Below are positions 8,168 to 15,368 of a DNA stretch of 15,368 nt, one piece after another. Positions within the stretch are counted from its first letter, which is position 1. Every line of letters starts with the position of its first letter. The position numbers were made by a program, and so were the translations under genes. Under the pieces are notes generated by a model. That model worked only from the letters and a program-made list of their open reading frames with translations. It was not told where the DNA came from and did not search any database. Source of the stretch: a virus; the IMG/VR virus record IMGVR_UViG_3300028591_001129, positions 1 through 15,368 of that record; one strand, given 5' to 3'.

Positions 8168-9026
8168 TTTCTTCATCCCCCATTTCTTCAAAATCTTCTA
8201 ATAATTCTTTTTCAGATGTAGGCAGACCATCATAATATTTAACTTCAATATTAGTTCCAAATTTTTTATTAATTTGCTCAACGGCTTTTTGTCTTGGCTC
8301 AAATCTTGAATATCTACTTGCAACTGTTCCGCCTTGCATTGCTGTTATTTCGTCACGTATATTTCTTTCTTTTTTCTGATATGATAAGTTAGCAATACCA
8401 ATTAAACGTAAAAATTCGTTATATATTTTATCCTTATTCATATCAAGTTTATCAGCTACATATGGTGCTGGTTCTAGCACTGCTTGTATGTCATCAAGGT
8501 CTAAATCCTCATAAGTTGCAACTAGATTTTCAAAGCTATCTACATTATTTAATAATGCCTTTAAACTCTGTTCTTTTTCTTGTTTTGTTTTCCAAATTCT
8601 TGGAGTTTTCTGTTGTGCAATATTAATGTCAATAGTTCTAGTTGCTAATGCTAATCTTTCAGCATATTGTATAATATCAAGCCATAAAGGATAACGACCA
8701 TTATTATCATACATAATAATAAATTCGCCCTGATGTAATACTCTTGTATATCCATTCATTGAAATAACTTGAATAGTTTTAGGTCTACCGTAAATATCTA
8801 AAGTACCAACAGAAGTAAAAGGCAACGCAATAACACCCATTACCTCATCTTTAAAAAATGCAATACATCCTTTTCTTAATAGCTGTTTATTCAAATACGA
8901 AACATCAATAAATTCAGGTAAGTTTGTAAATTCAAAAACATTTTCAGCTAAAGTTAATAATTGTCTTTTATACATTTCATATGTTTTGAAATTATTTAGT
9001 TGACTACCTATTAATTTACGTTCCAT
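8154..9026 (-). CDS. Upper collar / connector (portal) protein, phi29 gp10-like
   Basis: MERKLIGSQLNNFKTYEMYKRQLLTLAENVFEFTNLPEFIDVSYLNKQLLRKGCIAFF...AERLALATRTIDINIAQQKTPRIW is typical of podovirus connectors. RBS AAAGGGG lies upstream of ATG 9026. Confidence 0.85.
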   Translation of the reverse strand: MERKLIGSQLNNFKTYEMYKRQLLTLAENVFEFTNLPEFIDVSYLNKQLLRKGCIAFFKDEVMGVIALPFTSVGTLDIYGRPKTIQVISMNGYTRVLHQGEFIIMYDNNGRYPLWLDIIQYAERLALATRTIDINIAQQKTPRIWKTKQEKEQSLKALLNNVDSFENLVATYEDLDLDDIQAVLEPAPYVADKLDMNKDKIYNEFLRLIGIANLSYQKKERNIRDEITAMQGGTVASRYSRFEPRQKAVEQINKKFGTNIEVKYYDGLPTSEKELLEDFEEMGDEENDLQ

Positions 9027-9092
9027 ATTAACCCCTTTCCTTTTTATAAAAAGGTGCAACGTATGAAAGTTGCACCTTATCTAAAAAGCACA

Positions 9093-10481
9093 TTAATTAC
9101 TTGCATTTTCTGCAACTGTGATTGTTGCTGTATCTGTTACAGTATTATCATATATAGATGTTGCTGTTACAGTAATTGATTCAACTGATGCTGTTGATGG
9201 TATCTTTAATACACCGCTTTCATTTATTGTTACACCATCAGCCTTTGATGTAGAATCCACTGACCATGCAACGGCTTTATTTGCAAATCCTGTTGTTACA
9301 ACAGTAGCACTTAATTTTAAACTTTGACCTACTGATACAGTAGCTGTTGATGGGCTTACGTCAACACTTGTTACACCTTGACTTTCGCTTGTAAATACAG
9401 CCCCATTTTCAAAAGGTGATGTAGAAAATACTCTCCATGCGTGTAAGAAGTGATTATTTTCTAATGTTGTAGGATTATAAAATTCTGTTTGTTTTTCTCC
9501 GCTTTCTGTGTCTAGTGCATAGTCATAATCCATAAACCACTCACGTGAAATTAAAACTGCTGGAATCGTTGCAAGTTCTGCTAACTCTGTATCTGAAAAT
9601 GATACATAAGCATCCCCTAATAATTCAGTTAATCTTGCTGTATCATGTGAATTGAAAGCGTCTATTAATACAAGTCTTGCTTTCATATCAGCTTCATCTC
9701 TAAAGAATGATGTTGCAAGAACATCTGTTGAGAAATCAGCTTCAAAGTCTGTGTTAATAATCATTATCTGGTCATCAAAAGATGTTGCACGTCTTATTCC
9801 AGCTGGGTTGTAGTTAGGGCTTCTAAATGTCATCTTATTAGAGATTGATTTTAAAGCACTTACTCTTTGTCTTGGTGTTAAGCTTGAATAGTTATTAATC
9901 TTAACTGGTGTCATTGTTCCGTCTAATATACGTCTACAAAGCATATATTTATCAACAATGTATGTATCATATTTTAGACTTTCATATAACATTGATATTG
10001 CATTATCAATAAAATTGAATAAACTATCTTCTGAATCAAAAGCCATTGCTAATTGACTATCAGATGTAGTTGTTTGATAGAATTTTTGAAAATTTACTTC
10101 ATGAATGTAATTAAATACGTTAGGAACAACAGTTGTTAAGAATCTATCTTTATCAGAGAAATTACCATTGTAGTCATATACATTGCATAAATCATTTACT
10201 AATTCTCTAATCTGTTGACCAAATCTTAATGTTCCTCTCTTTGTAAATATCCATGGATTATCCCATCCATTTCTTTTAATTACTGTTAACCCTATTAAGT
10301 TAACTGTATTAATGAAAGCATTTCTATATCTTTCATTGTTTACAATAATTTTTCCAATTGGTGCTATTGATTGACCTTGTACTGGTAAATCAATATTTTC
10401 TTTTAGTTCTGGTGTTACATTTATAATGTAACTTAATAATTCTGCACTTGTTTTTGCATTTAATGTTTTCTTTGAACCCAT
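9093..10481 (-). CDS. Major capsid protein, phi29 gp8-like, with C-terminal Ig-like (BIG2) domain
   Basis: 462 aa. N-terminal capsid region, C-terminal 'VDVSPSTATVSVGQSLKLSATVVTTGFANKAVAWSVDSTSKADGVTINESGVLKIPSTAS' is a BIG2-type domain. A scaffold-like gene lies just upstream. Confidence 0.88.
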   Translation of the reverse strand: MGSKKTLNAKTSAELLSYIINVTPELKENIDLPVQGQSIAPIGKIIVNNERYRNAFINTVNLIGLTVIKRNGWDNPWIFTKRGTLRFGQQIRELVNDLCNVYDYNGNFSDKDRFLTTVVPNVFNYIHEVNFQKFYQTTTSDSQLAMAFDSEDSLFNFIDNAISMLYESLKYDTYIVDKYMLCRRILDGTMTPVKINNYSSLTPRQRVSALKSISNKMTFRSPNYNPAGIRRATSFDDQIMIINTDFEADFSTDVLATSFFRDEADMKARLVLIDAFNSHDTARLTELLGDAYVSFSDTELAELATIPAVLISREWFMDYDYALDTESGEKQTEFYNPTTLENNHFLHAWRVFSTSPFENGAVFTSESQGVTSVDVSPSTATVSVGQSLKLSATVVTTGFANKAVAWSVDSTSKADGVTINESGVLKIPSTASVESITVTATSIYDNTVTDTATITVAENASN

Positions 10482-10502
10482 TTTATTTTACCTCTCTTTT
10501 CA

Positions 10503-10787
10503 TTAAATTTCTTTTACGTCAATAACTTCTTCCTCTGTTAATTCTTCAGTTTCTTCCTCATCTTCCTTTTTTTCTTCTGTTCCGTTTAAAAATCTTTCTT
10601 TGTATTTTTCTTGCAATTCGTTTAGCTTTCCTTGTAATTCATCAACTTTTGCCTGTAACTCATCTGAAACAGCTGTATCAGCAACTTCCATACTATCTTC
10701 AATATCTTCTAATAATTGTATAGCTATTTCATTATCAGATACCATTTCGTTGACTTTGTTTTTTAGTTCCTCTTTACTTAATTTCAT
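10503..10787 (-). CDS. Scaffolding / head morphogenesis protein, phi29 gp7-like
   Basis: 94-aa acidic helical protein immediately upstream of the major capsid gene. Confidence 0.65.
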   Translation of the reverse strand: MKLSKEELKNKVNEMVSDNEIAIQLLEDIEDSMEVADTAVSDELQAKVDELQGKLNELQEKYKERFLNGTEEKKEDEEETEELTEEEVIDVKEI

Positions 10788-10791
10788 TTTC

Positions 10792-12027
10792 TCACCCCCT
10801 TTTAATATAATCTATATCTAAATAAATATTTTGATTGCTTGATATATTTGTTACATCTTCATAACTGTATGCTTGTTCTAAAGCATTTAATTGGTTTATT
10901 AATGTTGTATCTGTTATTTCTGTTATTACTGGGGTTTCTAATACATAATAAACTTCTGTGTTGTGTGTCGATAACCAAGTTTTGAAATCTTCTAATGTTG
11001 CTTTTTCTCTATATGCACAATAAAATTCACAAATAATAGATGATGTTGTACCATCAAAAAATGCAATTGTATTATCTGGAACATAAGTAGTTCCTTGTTG
11101 ATTTATAAATCCAACAAAATAGTTGCTTTTACAAATCATTTTTGGCTTTCTTAAATAATTCCATGTAGGAACAGATAAGTAATATGCTCCGTTACTAGCT
11201 CTACCCCAACTTTCACTTCCATTTAATATTACTTTACCAATAGCCCCATACTTATACCAGTTGCCATTTTCTTTGTAGATGTAGTCTTGATAATCTCCTA
11301 TTTTGCAGAGTTCTATATCGCCTAAACTTATTGAATAGTTTTGCTCTTGTGTATTATCTTCATTTGAAATTGTTATTTCTACATCTCCTGTTATAGTGCT
11401 TACTGGACTTGGATAGTCTGGGCTAGGACTTGCTCCGTATTGTTCCCATGTATCTGTTGTTACTGAACTTTTTCCTATATATGGTTTTAATATGTAGTTA
11501 GAAAAAGTATTGGTGTTAGTAGATGGAATTTGTACATAAACATAGGTATATTGTCTAGTATCTGATAAGTTAAAAGAATCATTTGCTACAAAATCTTGAT
11601 AACCTCCATAATATCCAATTATTTCAACATTTTTATCATTTCTTAAAGTATAATAAGTTCCACTTTCTAATGTTAAAACAGCACCGTCGTTATAAATATA
11701 AAATGCCGAATTTGCTGTTCCATCATTAGTTCCATTTAACGTTATTGTTCCATCTGAATTAAAAGTTGCATTTATTCCATGACTTGACAATGTAGTTCCT
11801 GCCTGTCTTTTTATCAATGTATTTAACAAATTCTTTCCACTTCTCGTTGCCTGTTCTATATTACCATATATCTTATTAATTGTTATTTTTAAATCTTTTA
11901 TAGTATTCTCTAGGGTAATTGGTAAACTTTGAATTAATAAGCTGATTTTTTTACTACTATACATTAGCCAGTATTTTAAATAAGTTGGAATTTTTGCGTT
12001 CTTTATTAGATATAAGTATTTTTTCAT
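10792..12027 (-). CDS. Appendage / receptor-binding-like protein
   Basis: Contains 'QATRSGKNLLNTL...NATFNSDGTITLNGTNDGTANSAFYI', a motif set common in phage carbohydrate-binding tail/appendage proteins. Large beta-rich protein. Confidence 0.6.
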   Translation of the reverse strand: MKKYLYLIKNAKIPTYLKYWLMYSSKKISLLIQSLPITLENTIKDLKITINKIYGNIEQATRSGKNLLNTLIKRQAGTTLSSHGINATFNSDGTITLNGTNDGTANSAFYIYNDGAVLTLESGTYYTLRNDKNVEIIGYYGGYQDFVANDSFNLSDTRQYTYVYVQIPSTNTNTFSNYILKPYIGKSSVTTDTWEQYGASPSPDYPSPVSTITGDVEITISNEDNTQEQNYSISLGDIELCKIGDYQDYIYKENGNWYKYGAIGKVILNGSESWGRASNGAYYLSVPTWNYLRKPKMICKSNYFVGFINQQGTTYVPDNTIAFFDGTTSSIICEFYCAYREKATLEDFKTWLSTHNTEVYYVLETPVITEITDTTLINQLNALEQAYSYEDVTNISSNQNIYLDIDYIKRG

Positions 12028-12404
12028 TTTTCATCACCTGACTTTTTTTCTTCTACTGATTCAGGATTTTCAATTGGTTCTTCTGTTGGTTCTTCAACAG
12101 GTTCAGATTTTTCAATAGGTTCTTCTATTGGTTCATGTTCCAAAGTAATTTCATGTTCTTCAATTGTTTCTTTTACTGGTTCTTTTACTTCTTCTTTCTT
12201 TTCATTGCTGTTTTCTGCAGGTGTTTCCTCATCAGAACTTGTTTCAATTGGTGCTTGTAAATACCATTCACCTGCATAATATACATATAGTTCTTGTGTA
12301 TCTACTGTGTAATATGTTGAACCATTTTCAACTTGTACTGTTGGTTTTGTGTCTGTTGATAGACCAACAAAATCTAGTCTGTATTTAATATTGATTTCTA
12401 TCAT
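12024..12404 (-). CDS. Glu/Pro-rich low-complexity protein of unknown function
   Basis: 126 aa, C-terminus EEPIEKSEPVEEPTEEPIENPESVEEKK. ATGA start/stop overlap with the 12027 gene. Confidence 0.6.
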   Translation of the reverse strand: MIEINIKYRLDFVGLSTDTKPTVQVENGSTYYTVDTQELYVYYAGEWYLQAPIETSSDEETPAENSNEKKEEVKEPVKETIEEHEITLEHEPIEEPIEKSEPVEEPTEEPIENPESVEEKKSGDEK

Positions 12405-12410
12405 TTTTTA

Positions 12411-12698
12411 TCACTTCCCTTCGTCTAATTTATCACATAGTTTTGTTAATGCAATTGTGTTATTGTTCAAAGCCTCTTTTATTTCATCTTTGAACGCACT
12501 CATTTCTTCTGTGTGCTTTTTGTTGAGTTCTTTTGTATCTTCCCTGTTGTTATCTGTAATGTATTTTACATACATTGCCATGCAAATACATGCTACAATA
12601 GGAAAACAATAACTACCTAATAATGTTGCAATATCCATCCAATCACCCCCATTATTAATATTCAATTTATTATAAACATTTTTTCGTGTTTTTGTCAA
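12411..12698 (-). CDS. Holin, BhlA-like
   Basis: One N-terminal TM segment (YCFPIVACICMAMYV) followed by a charged helix 'DNNREDTKELNKKHTEEMSAFKDEIKEALNNNTIALTKLCDKL'. Next to lysin genes. Confidence 0.75.
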   Translation of the reverse strand: MTKTRKNVYNKLNINNGGDWMDIATLLGSYCFPIVACICMAMYVKYITDNNREDTKELNKKHTEEMSAFKDEIKEALNNNTIALTKLCDKLDEGK

Positions 12699-12716
12699 TA
12701 TAAAAAACAGGCAATT

Positions 12717-13349
12717 TTAATTTGCCTGTCCTCTTAATTTTCTTGCATATATGAACCATGGAAATTTAACTTTTTTTATTGTAGATGGTGTTGGTGGGAT
12801 TATTCCGCCCATGTAATCATACCATTCTAAAGCATTTTGCATTCTTTGGTCATAATGATTTATGCTAGGGTCATAACTTGGTCTTTCATATGCACTCATA
12901 AAAAGAATTGCTAATTTGTCAGGATTCCAGTTCATACTATTATCTAAAAATTCTTGACCTGTTATTCCTACCATGTCAGATGTTGCACCTGAATTGTAAT
13001 AGTGTGATATAAAAGCTGAACTTGAATACCATTCTGCCACCCCTGATTGATTCTTTATTTCTGCTATTAATACTTGAAGCTGTACATCACCATTATTATA
13101 TGGACTTAATCCTAATGTATTACAATGGTCTTGCAGAGTTCCTACTGGCGTCCATTGTACTAATCCATAACCCTGACCACCTACTTCTTGTCTTTCAGGA
13201 TTTATACTACTTTCAGCTTGCATATTTCCTAATATTCCAGCTATTGTTTTATCATTTATTCCAATGCTTCTATAATAAGCAATTACTATATCTGCATTGT
13301 TTTCCATTTCAGCTTGCGTTAAACCGCCAGCTCTACTTATCCATGCCAT
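12717..13349 (-). CDS. Tail-associated lysozyme-like peptidoglycan hydrolase (phage tail lysozyme family)
   Basis: 'GINDKTIAGILGNMQAESSINPERQEVGGQGYGLVQWTP' is a lysozyme-like catalytic segment with conserved Glu and GYGLVQW. Confidence 0.8.
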   Translation of the reverse strand: MAWISRAGGLTQAEMENNADIVIAYYRSIGINDKTIAGILGNMQAESSINPERQEVGGQGYGLVQWTPVGTLQDHCNTLGLSPYNNGDVQLQVLIAEIKNQSGVAEWYSSSAFISHYYNSGATSDMVGITGQEFLDNSMNWNPDKLAILFMSAYERPSYDPSINHYDQRMQNALEWYDYMGGIIPPTPSTIKKVKFPWFIYARKLRGQAN

Positions 13350-14143
13350 TATTTTATATATTCCTTTCCTTTGTAATAACCAGCAACATAGCCACTAGGA
13401 ATTTTTAACCATATATCAGAATCATTTATTAGTATATCTTGACAAGTTACTATTGTACCTTGTTTTAAAACTGCATTTTCTTGCATAAATGCGTGTTTTT
13501 TTCCGTCCGGTGTTAATTCTGTAAATTTCTTTATTCTGTAATTTGTTCCAGCTCCTGTTCTTACATTCAGATTAACTTGTAATGTGTAGTTCTTTCCTAT
13601 TTCATATAAACAACTATTTGTGCTGTCAAATCTTACTAAATTATTCTGTTTAATTATTGACATTATTGTATTTACATATGTTGGACTTGTTGCATATCCG
13701 CCATTCTTTATTTCTGTTATACACTCTAAAGGACTTGAAGTGTACAATGCTTTTGAATAACGTGATAAACCACATATTAAATGGAAGTAATCTGCAATAC
13801 TATCTTCTAAACTGTCATATGCTCTAAAACAATCTGTGATAGTTGTATAATTTATCCCATCATAACATTCTTTTGTTTTTGCATTATACACTTTACCTTT
13901 CCAACTTGATGTTGCTTTTATTCCAAATATTGCATTGGCCTTCATCATAATTTGACTTTGACCCCATCCACTCTCACAAATTGCTTGTGCTATTACTACA
14001 CTTGAAAATAAAGGGTTTCCTCTTTTTTTGTTTTCTGCTTGTACTATTGGTGCTATTCTTGGTATAAATTCACTCTTTTCCATTTTTAATCTCCTTTCAA
14101 TTTTATTTAAAGTGTATGCAAGTTCTTCATCATCTAAATCCAT
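13349..14143 (-). CDS. Endolysin: N-terminal glucosaminidase-like domain, C-terminal bacterial SH3 domain
   Basis: 'NPLFSSVVIAQAICESGWGQSQIMMKANAIFGIKATSSWKGKVY...SIADYFHLI' fits the GH73/FlgJ-type fold. 'VNLRTGAGTNYRIKKFTELT...GYYKGKEYI' is SH3-like. Confidence 0.87.
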   Translation of the reverse strand: MDLDDEELAYTLNKIERRLKMEKSEFIPRIAPIVQAENKKRGNPLFSSVVIAQAICESGWGQSQIMMKANAIFGIKATSSWKGKVYNAKTKECYDGINYTTITDCFRAYDSLEDSIADYFHLICGLSRYSKALYTSSPLECITEIKNGGYATSPTYVNTIMSIIKQNNLVRFDSTNSCLYEIGKNYTLQVNLNVRTGAGTNYRIKKFTELTPDGKKHAFMQENAVLKQGTIVTCQDILINDSDIWLKIPSGYVAGYYKGKEYIK

Positions 14144-14144
14144 T

Positions 14145-14396
14145 TTATTTTTCCTTTCTAAAGAATCTTATTATTGCTTTTTCTATTTGATGTTTTATTA
14201 TTTCTATATTTGAACTTGTTGTTAAATGGTCTTGCCATTGATGATAAAATTCTACCCCTTTTATTGTATCAGTTTTGTCAAATTCTTTCAAGTTGCAACT
14301 GATATATATTTTATATGTTTTTATTTTGTAATATTCAACTTCAATTGTTAAATATTCAAATTCATCTTTTAGTTTTTCTAATATTATTTCATCCAT
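14145..14396 (-). CDS. Hypothetical protein, 83 aa
   Basis: Compact ORF co-directional with neighbours and nearly abutting the endolysin gene. Confidence 0.55.
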   Translation of the reverse strand: MDEIILEKLKDEFEYLTIEVEYYKIKTYKIYISCNLKEFDKTDTIKGVEFYHQWQDHLTTSSNIEIIKHQIEKAIIRFFRKEK

Positions 14397-14408
14397 AATT
14401 TTATTCTC

Positions 14409-14789
14409 CTAATCTATTCTTGGGATGTGGTTTGAGTTTTCCTCTAAAAGTTCTTGTAATAATTTTATTTTACTTTCAAACTCATACATTCTACTATGTT
14501 CTCTATAAAATTCTTCATCTTCTTTTAATTCTTCTATCTTTTCTCTTACTTTTGCTTTATCAATATAATTATCTTCAATATAATGCATTTGTTTTGCACT
14601 AAATATTTCTCCATTAATATATTCTTGTTCGTGTTGATAATGTTTTTCTAATTCCTTATTTCTTTCTATTAGATGTTCTATGGCTTGTTTTTCTCTTTTT
14701 GTTAGCATATAAATATTTATATGTTGCCTTTTTTCAAACTCATCAAATTCTTTAATCAATTTTTCTAATATCTTTATATCTTCTTCCAT
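14409..14789 (-). CDS. Hypothetical coiled-coil protein, 126 aa
   Basis: Highly charged helical sequence, co-directional and closely packed. Confidence 0.6.
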   Translation of the reverse strand: MEEDIKILEKLIKEFDEFEKRQHINIYMLTKREKQAIEHLIERNKELEKHYQHEQEYINGEIFSAKQMHYIEDNYIDKAKVREKIEELKEDEEFYREHSRMYEFESKIKLLQELLEENSNHIPRID

Positions 14790-14793
14790 AATA

Positions 14794-15155
14794 TCACATC
14801 CATTCTAATATATAAATTAGATATTCATTTTCAATTAATTTTTTAATTTCTTCATCATTAATAAAATAATTTAAATCATTGCTAAAATTATTTATTCTAT
14901 TATTTAAATCTAAATTATATAAATTTACAAAAATTAAAAATTCATTAAAATTTAATGGTATTTTAAAATCATTATTATAATAAAATCTATCTATATCATC
15001 TTTTTCTAATTTTCCAATACAACTAAATATTTAAAACTTAAACTATCTTCATCAGCTTCATAACCAAAATATTTAGTTCCATAATATCCTTGCTTAATTA
15101 CATTATCAAAATTTTTATCTTCTGTTATATAACTTATATTTAATCTTAAACCCAT
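14794..15155 (-). pseudogene. Hypothetical gene split by an apparent -1 shift / single-base deletion
   Basis: 15155-15006 encodes MGLRLNISYITEDKNFDNVIKQGYYGTKYFGYEADEDSLSFKYLVVLEN* with good RBS AAGGAGAG. A different frame then runs open without any start codon: ...FSCIGKLEKDDIDRFYYNNDFKIPLNFNEFLIFVNLYNLDLNNRINNF...YILEWM*, stopping at 14794. Confidence 0.5.
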
Positions 15156-15157
15156 AT

Positions 15158-15319
15158 TTACTCTCCTTGATAAAAATAATTATTAGCTTTTATAACAAGC
15201 CAAATATAAAATAATGAAATTACCTTTATTAATACTATTTTTATTGTTATTGTTTCAGGTTCACAAATTAAAATTATAAAGGCCATTATCATTGTTATAA
15301 TTAAAAATAATTTTTTCAT
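15158..15319 (-). CDS. Small membrane protein, 53 aa
   Basis: MKKLFLIITMIMAFIILICEPETITIKIVLIKVISLFYIWLVIKANNYFYQGE*, two hydrophobic segments, strong RBS AAAGGAGA. Its stop overlaps the RBS of the next gene. Confidence 0.6.
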   Translation of the reverse strand: MKKLFLIITMIMAFIILICEPETITIKIVLIKVISLFYIWLVIKANNYFYQGE

Positions 15320-15368
15320 TTGTTATCTCCTTTCCTTTAACTATATACATATTACCAAAAAATATTAA

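Noticed and set aside
7755-14602. Plus-strand ORFs at 7755, 9118, 10600, 12164, 12349, 13022, 14028 and 14420
   Set aside because: All antisense to well-supported leftward genes, Leu/Phe/Ser-rich translations with no domain.
1-15368. CRISPR array, tRNA gene or transposase
   Set aside because: No regularly spaced repeats, no cloverleaf I could recognise, and no recombinase-like ORF were seen.

Overview
This window looks like most of a small, AT-rich, phi29-like (Salasmaviridae/Guelinviridae-type) podophage with protein-primed replication. It has two convergent gene blocks that meet at a bidirectional terminator near 6057-6082. The rightward block encodes SSB, a candidate terminal protein, a family B DNA polymerase, a small HTH-like ORF, a packaging ATPase and a gp9-like tail tube/knob protein. 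The leftward block encodes, from the right edge, small unknown ORFs, an SH3-containing glucosaminidase, a tail-lysozyme-like protein, a holin, a Glu/Pro-rich protein, an appendage-like protein, a scaffold-like protein, a major capsid protein with an Ig-like domain, the connector, the lower collar and fibre-like proteins. The most striking observation is that the DNA polymerase is spread over three reading frames by two +1 shifts. Each shift falls exactly on an in-frame CGG codon (1290-1292 and 1870-1872), and in both cases skipping the C gives a GGN glycine codon that restores the conserved protein. A by-eye scan of both coding blocks found about two dozen sense-strand 'cgg' trinucleotides, but no other in-frame CGG codon. 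This suggests +1 frameshifting at a 'hungry' or unassigned CGG codon. The second shift lies in the linker motif between the exonuclease and polymerase domains, so failing to shift there would release an exonuclease-only protein. Sequencing or assembly indels remain the main alternative. A third split gene at about 14794-15155, of a different -1/homopolymer type, keeps that alternative alive.
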